This document shows, piece after piece, positions 1-9,497 of a stretch of 35,791 bases of DNA (position 1 is its first letter; the number at the start of each line of letters is the position of its first letter). The position numbers and the translations under genes were made by a program. This DNA is from Octopus bimaculoides (lineage: Eukaryota): the NCBI RefSeq assembly GCF_001194135.2, contig NC_068986.1, forward strand, positions 57,510,384-57,546,174, read 5' to 3'. The notes beneath the pieces were generated by a model. The model was not told where the DNA came from and made no database searches. It was given only the letters and a program-made list of their open reading frames with translations.

Positions 1-17
1 TATATGGTCGCCTGTAA

Positions 18-235
18 GGCGGCGAGCTGGCAGAAACATTAGCACGCCGGGCGAATTGCTTAGCGGTATTTCGTCTGTCTTTACGTTCTGAGTTCAAATT
101 CTGCCGCGGTTGACTTTGCCTTTCATCCCTTCGGGGTCGATAAATTAAGTGCCAGTTGCGTACTGGGGTCGCTCTAATCGACTGGCCCCCTCCCCAAAAA
201 TTTTGGGCCTTGTGCCTAGAGTAGAAAAGAATATT
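18..235 (+). mobile_element. Group A tRNA-derived SINE, full length
   Basis: GGCGGCGAGCTGGCAGAA head (A-box-like), GAGTTCAAATTC (B-box-like), central CTTTCATCC..GGGGTCGATAAA..CCAGT..ACTGGGGTCG..ATCGACT and 3' GCCTTGTGCC. More than 10 homologous copies occur in this window. Confidence 0.9.
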
Positions 236-529
236 GGAACGATGTATACTGTTAGGTGCAAAGATAGACAGCAAAATATATAAACTCTCGTTGTTGTTGT
301 TGTGGTGGTGGTGGTGGTTGTAGTGGGTGAAGGTGGTGGAGGTAGTGATGGGGTTATGGTGGCTGTTTATTAACGCCAATACTACCCTGAAAGAATAGAA
401 CAATGATTAAACTAATCCATGACTGCATAATGTATCCCTTTCATAAATGCCACGTTATATAGCAGTTGAACCCTCAGCGCAGAGGCATTTATATCGGTTC
501 GGTAGTTGTTGCTGATGTTATAGAGCTCC

Positions 530-605
530 AGCGCTGAGTAAAAACGAGCGAAATGCTGCCAAGCATTTTGCCCGGCATGCTAACGATTCTGCCAGCTAAC
601 CGCCT
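530..605 (-). mobile_element. Group A SINE, head fragment
   Basis: Reverse complement of the group A head: ..GCATGCTAACGATTCTGCCAGCTAACCGCC. Confidence 0.75.
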
Positions 606-640
606 TTGTAGTAGTAGTAGTAGTAGTAATAATAATAATA

Positions 641-849
641 ATCCTTTTTACTATAGGCACAAGGCCTGGATTTTGTAGGGAGGAGGAGGACAGTCGATTA
701 CATCGACCCCAGTGCTCAACTGGTATTTAATTTATCGACCCTAGTAGGATGAAAGGAAAAGTCGGAATTTGAACTCAGAACGTAAAGACGGACGAAATGC
801 TGCTAAGCAATTTTCCCGGCGTGCCAACGATTCTGCCAGCTCACGGCCT
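641..849 (-). mobile_element. Group A SINE, near full length with a small internal deletion
   Basis: Colinear with the reverse complement of 18-235. The (TAG)n(TAA)n run at 609-640 lies at its 3' end as a simple-repeat tail. Confidence 0.9.
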
Positions 850-851
850 TC

Positions 852-852
<1 letters not shown>

Positions 853-890
<38 letters not shown>

Positions 891-891
891 G

Positions 892-925
<34 letters not shown>
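853..925. repeat. (AAT)n(ATT)n microsatellite, self-complementary
   Basis: Direct reading. Confidence 0.95.
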
Positions 926-1131
926 TCAAATTTTGCCATAAGGGTTGCTTGGAGTAAGTGGGATGAATCGGTTACATCGACTTCAGTGTTCACCTGGTAC
1001 TTATTTTATCGAAGCCTAAAGGATGAAAGGTAAAGTCGACCTCGGCGGAATTTGAACTCAGAACGTAGCGACGGGCGAAATACTGCTAAACATTTCGTCC
1101 AGCGCGCTAACGATTCAGCCAGCTCACTACC
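926..1131 (-). mobile_element. Group A SINE, near full length
   Basis: GGTACTTATTTTATCGA..GGATGAAAGGTAAAGTCGACCTCGGCGGAATTTGAACTCAGAACGT..CGATTCAGCCAGCTC. Confidence 0.88.
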
Positions 1132-1135
1132 ATTA

Positions 1136-1136
<1 letters not shown>

Positions 1137-1199
<63 letters not shown>

Positions 1200-1275
1200 C
1201 GATGATGATGGTGATGATGATGACAATGATGATGATGATAGTGGTGGTGGTGGTGGTGGTGGTGGTGGTGGTGGT
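1137..1275 (+). repeat. (ATG)n then (GTG)n microsatellite
   Basis: Direct reading. It explains the poly-Met/poly-Val ORF. Confidence 0.97.
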
Positions 1276-1339
1276 TTATTAACATCAAGACACGATGACT
1301 GTATCGTTAGAGTTTAAAAAAATATGCCTTGCTGTACTT

Positions 1340-1445
1340 GTTCCAGGGTTGACAAAATAATAGACCGGTCAAGCACTGGGATTGATGGATTCGACATAGT
1401 ACTTTCATTAAAATAGCAGGTCTTGCGCCAAAACAAAGAAACAAA
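1340..1445 (+). mobile_element. Group A SINE, degenerate 3' half
   Basis: GGGTTGACAAAATAA..CCGGTCAAGCACTGGG..GGTCTTGCGCCAAAA, followed by a (TATCAT)n tail. Confidence 0.6.
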
Positions 1446-1478
1446 TATCATTATCATCATTATCATTATCATTATCAT

Positions 1479-1580
1479 TCGGAGTCGATAAAAATGTACC
1501 AGTTGAGTTCTAGGGTCGATGTAATCGACTTACTTCCTTCCTCGAAGTTGTTGACCTTGTACAAAAATTTGAAACCATTA
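1479..1580 (+). mobile_element. Group A SINE, 5'-truncated 3' half
   Basis: GGAGTCGATAAAAATGTACCAGTTGAG..GGGTCGATGTAATCGACTTAC..CCTTGTACAAAAATTTGAAACC, followed by a (TATCAT)n tail. Confidence 0.8.
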
Positions 1581-1636
1581 TTATCATTATCATTATAAAG
1601 ATATATGCTTCGTGTCATTTGTTCCTGCTCTTTGCT

Positions 1637-1781
1637 TTCTGAATTCAAATCCTACTGAGGTGAAATTTACCTTTCATCCTTTCAGGGTTGATAAAATAAT
1701 ATACTGTAATCAACCGCACTCAACCTAATCAACCAATCATTTCCCGTCAAAACTGCTGACCTTGTCCCTAGATAAGAAAGC
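1637..1781 (+). mobile_element. Group A SINE, degenerate
   Basis: TCTGAATTCAAAT..CCTTTCATCCTTTCAGGGTTGATAAAATAA..CCTTGTCCCTAGA. Confidence 0.6.
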
Positions 1782-1894
1782 GTTATTTTGGCGACATGCT
1801 ATCAGATTCGTTCTTCGAAGAATACCTTGTGGTATTTGTTGTAGCTCTATACATTTGGAATTTATATCCCTCCAAGGACAAGCTTGCAATACAG

Positions 1895-2000
1895 CCTCAT
1901 CGGAGTCGATAAAATTTGTATCAGTCATGTCCTGGAATCGGTAGCATCGAATAAACTTCTCCCCTCATAAGTTACTGGCCTTGTGCCTAAATTACAGACC
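1895..2000 (+). mobile_element. Group A SINE, degenerate 3' half
   Basis: CGGAGTCGATAAAAT..CTGGCCTTGTGCCTAAA. Confidence 0.6.
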
Positions 2001-2221
2001 TTTATTATTAGCATAGGTTGTGGGAGGAAAAAAATATGTGGTGTTCAGGACCAAAAAGTATAAGAACAGCAGCAACAACAAAGTCATCCTAAAATAAAAA
2101 CAAAGATGACGAAAATAGTGTTTCTCTGACCTTTCCAACGATCCGCTCCGTTTCACTCAACAAACTCTTCCTTATCCAATTTCCCCTACTCTTACCTCTA
2201 ACGTACCTGTTTGCTGCTGCT

Positions 2222-2222
2222 G

Positions 2223-2283
<61 letters not shown>
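2222..2283 (+). repeat. (CTA)n microsatellite
   Basis: Direct reading. Confidence 0.97.
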
Positions 2284-2483
2284 GCCCGATGCTACTGCTG
2301 TTGCTGCTGCTGGTTCTACTTTATAGTCGCATAATCGCATCACACGATTGTATATGCACACGTACAGATCTGCATACATATGTATATATACACAAACATA
2401 CATACACGTGGAAATTGATATTATATTTTCGTTCTCAGCCTCCTGTGCCACACACAGCTTTCGCCCATATTTGTTTTTATATC

Positions 2484-2486
<3 letters not shown>

Positions 2487-2565
<79 letters not shown>
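2487..2565 (+). repeat. (TC)n(AC)n compound microsatellite
   Basis: Direct reading. Confidence 0.97.
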
Positions 2566-2571
<6 letters not shown>

Positions 2572-2598
2572 ATATAAATATCTGTCTGTGTGTATATA

Positions 2599-2902
2599 GT
2601 GACACTACATCGCTTACGACGACGCGGGTTCCAGTTGATCCGATCAACGGAGCAGCCTCTTCGTGAAATTAACGTGCAAGTGGCTGAGCACTCCACAGAC
2701 ACGCGTACCCTTAACATAATTCTCAAGGAACTTCAGCGTGGCATAGAATGTGACGAGGTTGACTCTTTGAAATACAGGTACTACTCATTTTTGTCAGCTG
2801 AATGAACAGGAGCAAGGAAAAATAAAATCTCTTGCCACCGTGAATTAAACTCGCGACCTTACGAACATGAGCTGAATACCCTAACCACTAATCTAAGCGC
2901 TT
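2599..2902 (-). mobile_element. Group C tRNA-derived SINE (tail type 1)
   Basis: The minus strand reads TAGTGGTTAGGGTATTCAGCTCATG..GGTCGCGAGTTTAATTC (A/B-box-like), then TTGCTCCTGTTCATTCAGCTG..AAAATGAGT, which is shared with 11668-11972. Confidence 0.75.
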
Positions 2903-3020
2903 TCATGTGTGTATATAGAAATATATGAATATGTTATGTATATGTATATGTATGTACATACATATATGCGTGTGCATATACAACTATGTATATTGTGTGT
3001 GTGTGTGTGTGTGAGCGAGG

Positions 3021-3051
<31 letters not shown>

Positions 3052-3652
3052 GAGAGAGTTAGTGCATGAGTGTGCGTGTACCTTTTTGGTGGGTACTGGA
3101 TCGATCTATTATTGATATCGGGCTAGTTTCATTAAAATACAATATCTCCTTCTCAGTAAACACATTGCGTTCTCCTTTTCTTAGAGATTCTTCATAGGAA
3201 ATCCCCACCTAATGTAAAGAATTCTGGGAGTATTCATATAGAAATTTGTACATTTTTGCGATTATACATATTCATTTGGGCGCTTATAGCTATCTTTTAA
3301 TTTATATATAAAAAAAAATACTTTTTTTGAAAGTCGTTATCATAACTTGGTATTTCATGCAGATTTCAGAAGCACGCAAGTACAATGGATATGAAAAGCG
3401 AGGCTGTTTGAAGATTGGCGGATTTATCTGCTTCGAAAGACACGGGACTTTCCCTTTATATCCCTGTCGGAAAATACAATTAGTTCTGAAAATGAAATTT
3501 CATTATTTTCTATAAAAAAAAGTCCTTTTGTCATAAATTTTAAGTGAAGTTGAGTCTTCAAAATTTGTCAATGTTACTTCTCTTGTGCTTTTGAATTCTA
3601 ATATAATGAAATCTAGACTACAAACAACTCGAGCGCAGAAATGTGTCTTATC

Positions 3653-3861
3653 AATAATCCTTTCTACTATAGGCCTGAAATTTTGTGAGAGGTGACCATC
3701 GATTACATCGACCATCGATTACATGGTACTTATACTATCGAACCCAAAAGGATGAACAGCAAAGCCGACCTCAGCGGAATTTTAACCCAGAAGGTGAAGG
3801 CGGACGAAATACCGCAAAGCATTTTGTCCGACGTGCTAACCATTTTGCCAGCTCACCACCT
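3653..3861 (-). mobile_element. Group A SINE with a short internal duplication
   Basis: Colinear with the group A reverse complement. GACCATCGATTACAT is duplicated at 3694 and 3710. Confidence 0.85.
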
Positions 3862-5272
3862 TTAACTGTAACACAAGTTTAATGATATCAAACTCTATGA
3901 TCACATTTAAATCCAGCAAAATTGATAAACTTGAAGAAGCGTTAGCAGTGACCGATACCACGGGAAATACTCTGAAGCGTCAATTATAAATTGCTTTCTG
4001 CAATAAATCCACAGAGTTTGAGCTCTGCAGCTACTTTCTATGTTGCGTGAAGGTTTGATATGTACATTACATTAGTTATTTTTTAAAAGTGTTTGTTAAC
4101 TTCTGTTTGTTAATGTTTTTCTGTATTTTTAGCTCCTTCACTTGAACTCGAGCAATTTTGCAATGGAATAATTAGTAGAAACCTGTGATTTATATTTATT
4201 AACTCGCCAAGAAGAAAATTTCCGTGCGTCAACAACTTAGATGACACGTCTATTTAGAAAGAAGTAATGGGCATTTGTTTCTCGGGAGTACTTTTCTTAA
4301 GTCATTTTCATCATTGTCTGAGCAAGTAAACGTATTTTTCTCTTCATTCAAATCATAGGCTTGCAAGAAACAACTTGGAATCTTAAATATTTCACAAAAC
4401 ACAGAAGAAACCAATACTATGGAAAGGAACATTGTACAGACTGCTATTGAAACTGAAGCGACCACGTGAGCAAACGATTATATTACATAATTGCGCACGT
4501 AGATTAAACTACAAAAATATGGATGAACATTTGCTAAACGTAAGAAATGTTAACGTTTTATAAATGAGCGTCGAACACAAAAATATATCCAAGAGAGACT
4601 TTCAAAACAAAAATTTATATTAACACAACATTCCTCAAAACGCACCGAAAAGAAAGGGAGTTCTACCAAATATATGATAGAAGCAAATGGCACCAATTTC
4701 GTAAGAACCTAATAGCTTTGTCAGTCCTAGAATTAAACCAATAAATAAATAAATAAATTGCACTATTTGGATAACTAAAATTTCTTCTAAAAGTGATGGA
4801 TCATCCAAAATTTACGTTAGGCCGTATGTTGAGTCTGCTCTGAACGAGCTATAGTGATAACTCTTGGCATGCTTCCGTCTTATCTGACCACTCCAACGAA
4901 GCACAATCAATACAACTATCAAAACTACAGAAAAGCTATAAGATATATCTGCGTGAAAGATATATTCACAATGGGAATAAATAATTTGAAATAATAGACA
5001 TTTAAAAATTTCGGGTAATCCCCTTAACTGCAGAAAGCATAATTAGGTTGTAATAATGTGAATTCCTTAATTTGGAATAATCATAAAACCCAAAACTATA
5101 CCTTCTATCTGTTCCGAAGTCTTAGCTGTAGTCGGTAACATAGCTAGAGGGAACGAGGAAGGCAGACAGCTGTGGACGACGCTTTTGCGCAGGGTGGCTA
5201 TTTTAGGTCTGCATTAGTCAGAGGACGACAAACTCTAGAGCGGCCTGGGTGGCATACACTCTAGTTGTGTGT

Positions 5273-5332
<60 letters not shown>

Positions 5333-5364
5333 GTGCGTGCATGTGCGTGCGTGCATGTTCGTGC

Positions 5365-5412
<48 letters not shown>

Positions 5413-5438
5413 AAGAGAGAGAAAGGAAGAGAGAGAAA
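5273..5438 (+). repeat. (TG)n ... (AG)n compound microsatellite
   Basis: Direct reading. Confidence 0.97.
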
Positions 5439-5440
5439 GG

Positions 5441-5930
5441 CATATGTATTTAGGCGTGTATCATGTAATGCAAAGATGTATCAATGTTTTCCATATTGTG
5501 ATAATGACGTCCTGATACCAGTGACATTTGTGCGGAGCTTTTGTTTCAGAAATACTGAGTCTCTTTCAACCGTTCGCGGTGATTTAACGAAAGGGAATGT
5601 GAGCGTTAGAGGTCTCGGCCTTGTTTTTCGCTATTTGTGGAGTAGTTTTCTGCCCATTAAGTTCTTAATTACGCTCTGTAACGTGCTGGTTTGTACCATA
5701 ACATTGTTATAAGTGGTCCGGTAGTATTACTGTAACCGAATGCACATTTAACCAAGCAATTTCAGTACAGGAAACTTGGAGGTTTGAAACAACAGAAGTA
5801 TGTACTTCACTCTCGATGCTTTCATTCAGAATAATTTATAATAGTTACACAACAATTAAAATAAGGAACACAAAATGATGATTCTGCGACACAGTCATAC
5901 ATATAACAGGCCATAGCTATAAACGCAACG
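5441..5930. other. Diverged local duplication, copy 1 (partner 8818-9260); possible decayed coding sequence
   Basis: Colinear anchors shared with the partner: CCATATTG, CAGTGAC, AGTTCTTAA, TTTGTACC, GTAACCG, AATTTCA.TACAGGAAACT, TACTTCACTC, AAAATGATGA, ATAGCTA. Both copies are preceded by (TG)n then (AG)n tracts. Confidence 0.8.
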
Positions 5931-6144
5931 AAAAGGAAGAATTTTATCATCATTAATTCTGACCAAGAGTGCCAAAGGACTTCTATTGCAAGAAATAAAA
6001 GGTAAAAACTCTTGATATTGTAACAAGCGCGCAATATATATATAAACATTGACAGGGGAGATAACCGCCCCATAAGCGTCTCTACACTACACTAAACTAG
6101 TTTCACACATCAGTCGTAGGCTCGTTAGTAGTGACTACTCACAC

Positions 6145-6262
6145 GCTGGAGTGGCTGAGTGGCTGTGTGGTAAGAAACTTGCTTCGCACATGGTACCAGA
6201 TTCAGTCACACTGCGTGGTACCTTGGGCAAGTGGCTTCTACTGTAGTCTCGAGCCAACCAAA
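6145..6262 (+). mobile_element. Group B SINE, head fragment
   Basis: GAGTGGCTGTGTGGTAAG..TTCAGTC.CACTGCGTGGTACCTTGGGCAAGTG.CTTCTACT. Confidence 0.8.
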
Positions 6263-6432
6263 ATAGATTTCATGCATGATTGTGAGAAATCTATCTTCAT
6301 GTATCATTGGTTGTTTGTTGCAATGAGCATGGTATCGATTTTCGATGAAACAATTACACTACAATGTTACTCTTGGATATATTAGGTATGGCAGTGATAT
6401 TTCCTTTAAAATTTTACCTAGTGCCATGTATA

Positions 6433-6624
6433 TTCTTTTATTTGTTCAGTCATTTCACTGCGGCCATGCTGGAGCACCGCCTTTAGTCGATCAAATCGAC
6501 CCCCAGGACTTACTCTTTGTAAGCCTAGTACTTATTCTATCGGTACCTTTTGCCGAACCGCTAAGTTACGAGGACCTAGACACGTCACCATCGGTTGTCA
6601 AGCGATGGTCGAAGGACAAACACA

Positions 6625-6666
<42 letters not shown>

Positions 6667-6950
6667 NNNNNNNNNNNNNNNNNNNNNNNNNNNNNNNNNN
6701 NNNNNNNNNNNNNNNNNNNNNNNNNNNNNNNNNNNNNNNNNNNNNNNNNNNNNNNNNNNNATATATATATATATATATATATATATACGACAGGCTTCTT
6801 TCAGTTTCCGTCTACCAAATCCACTCACAAAGCTTTGATCGGCCCGAGGCTATAGTAGAAGACACTTGCCGAAGGTACCACGCAGTGGGACCGAACCCGA
6901 TCCATGTGGTTGGTAAGCAAGCTACTTACCACACAGCCACTCCTGCACCT
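6433..6950 (-). mobile_element. Group B composite SINE, full length, spanning a gap at its internal microsatellite
   Basis: Minus-strand order: tRNA-like head, CCTT.GGCAAG domain, (TA)n/(TG)n tract, GATAGAATAAGTACTAGG..GGGGTCGAT domain, AAGGCGGTGCTCCAGCATGGCCGCAG tail. Confidence 0.9.
6667..6760. other. Assembly gap (N run)
   Basis: N run between (CA)n and (AT)n tracts. Confidence 1.
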
Positions 6951-7338
6951 ATATGTACACAAAGTTTGACCGTTAAACTGTCGCGCAACCCATGAGAAAT
7001 ATCAAACTATTCCTGATAAAGTCATAGCATACTCTCAAAATGTAGGAAATTTTATGAGACACCTACTTGATTTAGGGTCAAAACTGACGGCAGCCACATG
7101 TCTTTTGTAAGACATATTGAGCTTGTGAAAAATTTTACTGCATTCAGATTGCATATAAATCTGCATGGATCAGAAACACGCTATGTGCTAGGTACATATA
7201 AGCCTTATACGACTGGCTTAATTGAATGTCCTGCATATGCATATAAAATTTGGTACTAGGCCAGAAATTGCAAGTGAGGGTTAAGATATTAGATCGGCTC
7301 CGATGTACAACTGGTGCCAATATTAGCTGTTTGGTTAA

Positions 7339-7553
7339 GGCGGCAAGCTGCCAGAATCATTAATGTGCTGGGCAAAATGCTTAGCAACATTCCGTCTGTC
7401 TTTACGTTCTCAGTTCAAATTCCGCAGAAGTTGACTTCACCTTTTATACTTTCGGAGTCGATACAATAAGTACCAGCTAACTACTGGGGTTGATGTAATC
7501 GACTTAGCCTCCCCGCCAAATTGCAGGTCTTGTGCCAATAGTAGAAAGGAATA
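7339..7553 (+). mobile_element. Group A SINE flanked by a ~20-bp direct repeat (putative target-site duplication)
   Basis: Full colinearity with 18-235. AATATTAGCTGTTTGGTTAA at 7319-7338 vs AATATTAGTTGCTTGGTTAA at 7550-7569 (18/20). Confidence 0.88.
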
Positions 7554-7569
7554 TTAGTTGCTTGGTTAA

Positions 7570-7848
7570 GGTGGTGAGCTGGCAGAATCGTGTTAGCACA
7601 CCGGACAAAATGCTGCAGCAGCATTTTGTCCGTCCTTACATTCTGAGTTCAAATTCGGCGGTGACCGACTTTGCGTTACATCGTTTCCGGGCCGATAAAA
7701 TGAGTACCAGTTAAGCACTGGGGATTGATATAATCAACTTACTCCCTCACTGCTGGGGTCAACTTTTTCATCCCTTTTAGGGTTGATAAAGTAAGTACTA
7801 GTCAAGCACTTCCCCGAAAGTGCTGGCCTTGTGCCAAAATTTGAAATT
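7570..7848 (+). mobile_element. Group A SINE followed directly by a second 3'-half fragment
   Basis: GGTGGTGAGCTGGCAGAATCG head to ..ATCAACTTAC (~7748), then TCATCCCTTTTAGGGTTGATAAAGTAAGTAC..GGCCTTGTGCCAAAATTTGAAA. Confidence 0.85.
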
Positions 7849-8817
7849 AGCAAAAATCGAAACTGAGTCGTCAGATTTGTAAGTTTTAATCACGGCGTAG
7901 CAACACTTTGTTCATATGGGAGGCTAGACTTTACATGACAAATCATTCTAGAAAGCCCTAAAACATTTCCCTACAAGGGTAATAACTTGCCATGTCTTTA
8001 GCGCCGATTTCGCAGAGAGTCGTAGACGTCCGGGCGGAATGACGTCTCTACACTTGTCAAGTGTGTTTGCTCATAGCCCGGCCGATTCATTCCCTCGTTG
8101 CTTTAAACATTCGTTCTTATGACTATTACTCAACCTAGTAAACCGCAGCCACAGATATACGACATGAACCGAGCGTATTTTTTTCGCCTGTCTTGGCAAG
8201 CTTAATTACAGAGCCTTTATGATCAGCTCTTGTAAAGCTACAGAAATATTCTTTCTATTGTGTCGACTTTGTTGTTGCAATTTCTAATTCATGACCAACA
8301 TAAAAATGTATTTGTGCGGTGAAGTAAAAGTTACGATTAATTGTTCGCGAGGTGTTGTTGCATGATTTACACGCAGCCACACGCAAACCCAGTCTCGACA
8401 AAACCAATATCAGTTGCTTGGTTACCGTTAAATTTGGTGGAAAGAATCACACACACACACACACACACACATGCGCGCGCGCACAAACACACAAATATAT
8501 ACACAAATACATATATATAAATACAACCCACATATATTTATATACACATTTATATACCCCCACCAAATATACACACACACACCGTGTATGTATGTATATT
8601 ATACATATTCCAAAATATATGCATTTTGAATAATTTTGAGTACCTTTGAACGTGCCTGTGCGTTTGCTCGCGCGCGCGCGCGTTTGTGCGTGTGTGTGTG
8701 TGTGCATTTGTGTGTGTGTTTCTGTGTGTTTGTGTGTGTATGTGTGTAAGAGAGAAAGAAAGAGAGAAACAGAGACACAGAGAAGCAGAGAAACAGACAG
8801 ACAGAAGGAGAGATAGA

Positions 8818-9260
8818 AATGTATTTCATAGAGTCCAAAGAAGTTTCAATTTTGCCATATTGGGATTATGATGTCATAATGTCAGTGACGTTTCTCCGAC
8901 GCTTTTCTCTTAAAAACTTTCAGTCGTTTACACGTTGAAAGACTAATGTAAAATCTAAGTTGTATTCGCTTTATTTTTCGGAGTTTGTGGGGTTGGTTTT
9001 TATGTATCTTTGAGTTCTTAAGCAGCCTCAGTAACATGTGGTTTTGTACCTTAACATAGATGCAATGTGTACAGTAGTGTTACGGTAACCGTATGAAATT
9101 TTAAGCAGATAATTTCATTACAGGAAACTCGGGGTTTCAACAAGAAAGATATACTTCACTCATTCATGCAGCATAACTTATTGTAATTCAATGACCATAA
9201 AAATGATGAATACAGAATAATGGCTACAATATACAAGCAGATTATAGCTACAAATATGGT
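8818..9260. other. Diverged local duplication, copy 2 (partner 5441-5930)
   Basis: Same ordered anchors as copy 1, offset by about 3.37 kb. Confidence 0.8.
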
Positions 9261-9450
9261 AAGTGCTTTAATTATAAGTACATTTTCTATTAAAATGTTC
9301 GAGATTCCTTTGAAAATATTTCTATAATAAAGCAAAACAGATTCTTCATTAGATGTTCGATATACTATACATATCACTAGTCTCGAAAAAACAAAATGAC
9401 CAGGTACAACTTTAGCTTCACGTATGTGTATGTGTCTGTGCTTGTATGTC

Positions 9451-9497
<47 letters not shown>

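Noticed and set aside
3362-4196. Possible plus-strand exons after acceptor-like sites at ~3361 (ISEARKYNGYEKRGCLKIGGFICF) and ~4130 (PSLELEQFCNGIISRNL*)
   Set aside because: No matching donor for the first and no recognisable homology. Acceptor-like sites are common in this composition.
4250-4465. Minus-strand ORF with a hydrophobic N-terminus, sharing YxLNEEK with an open frame near 17790-17810
   Set aside because: A 6-of-7 residue match is expected by chance among all six-frame pairs in 36 kb of AT-rich DNA, and the flanks do not align.
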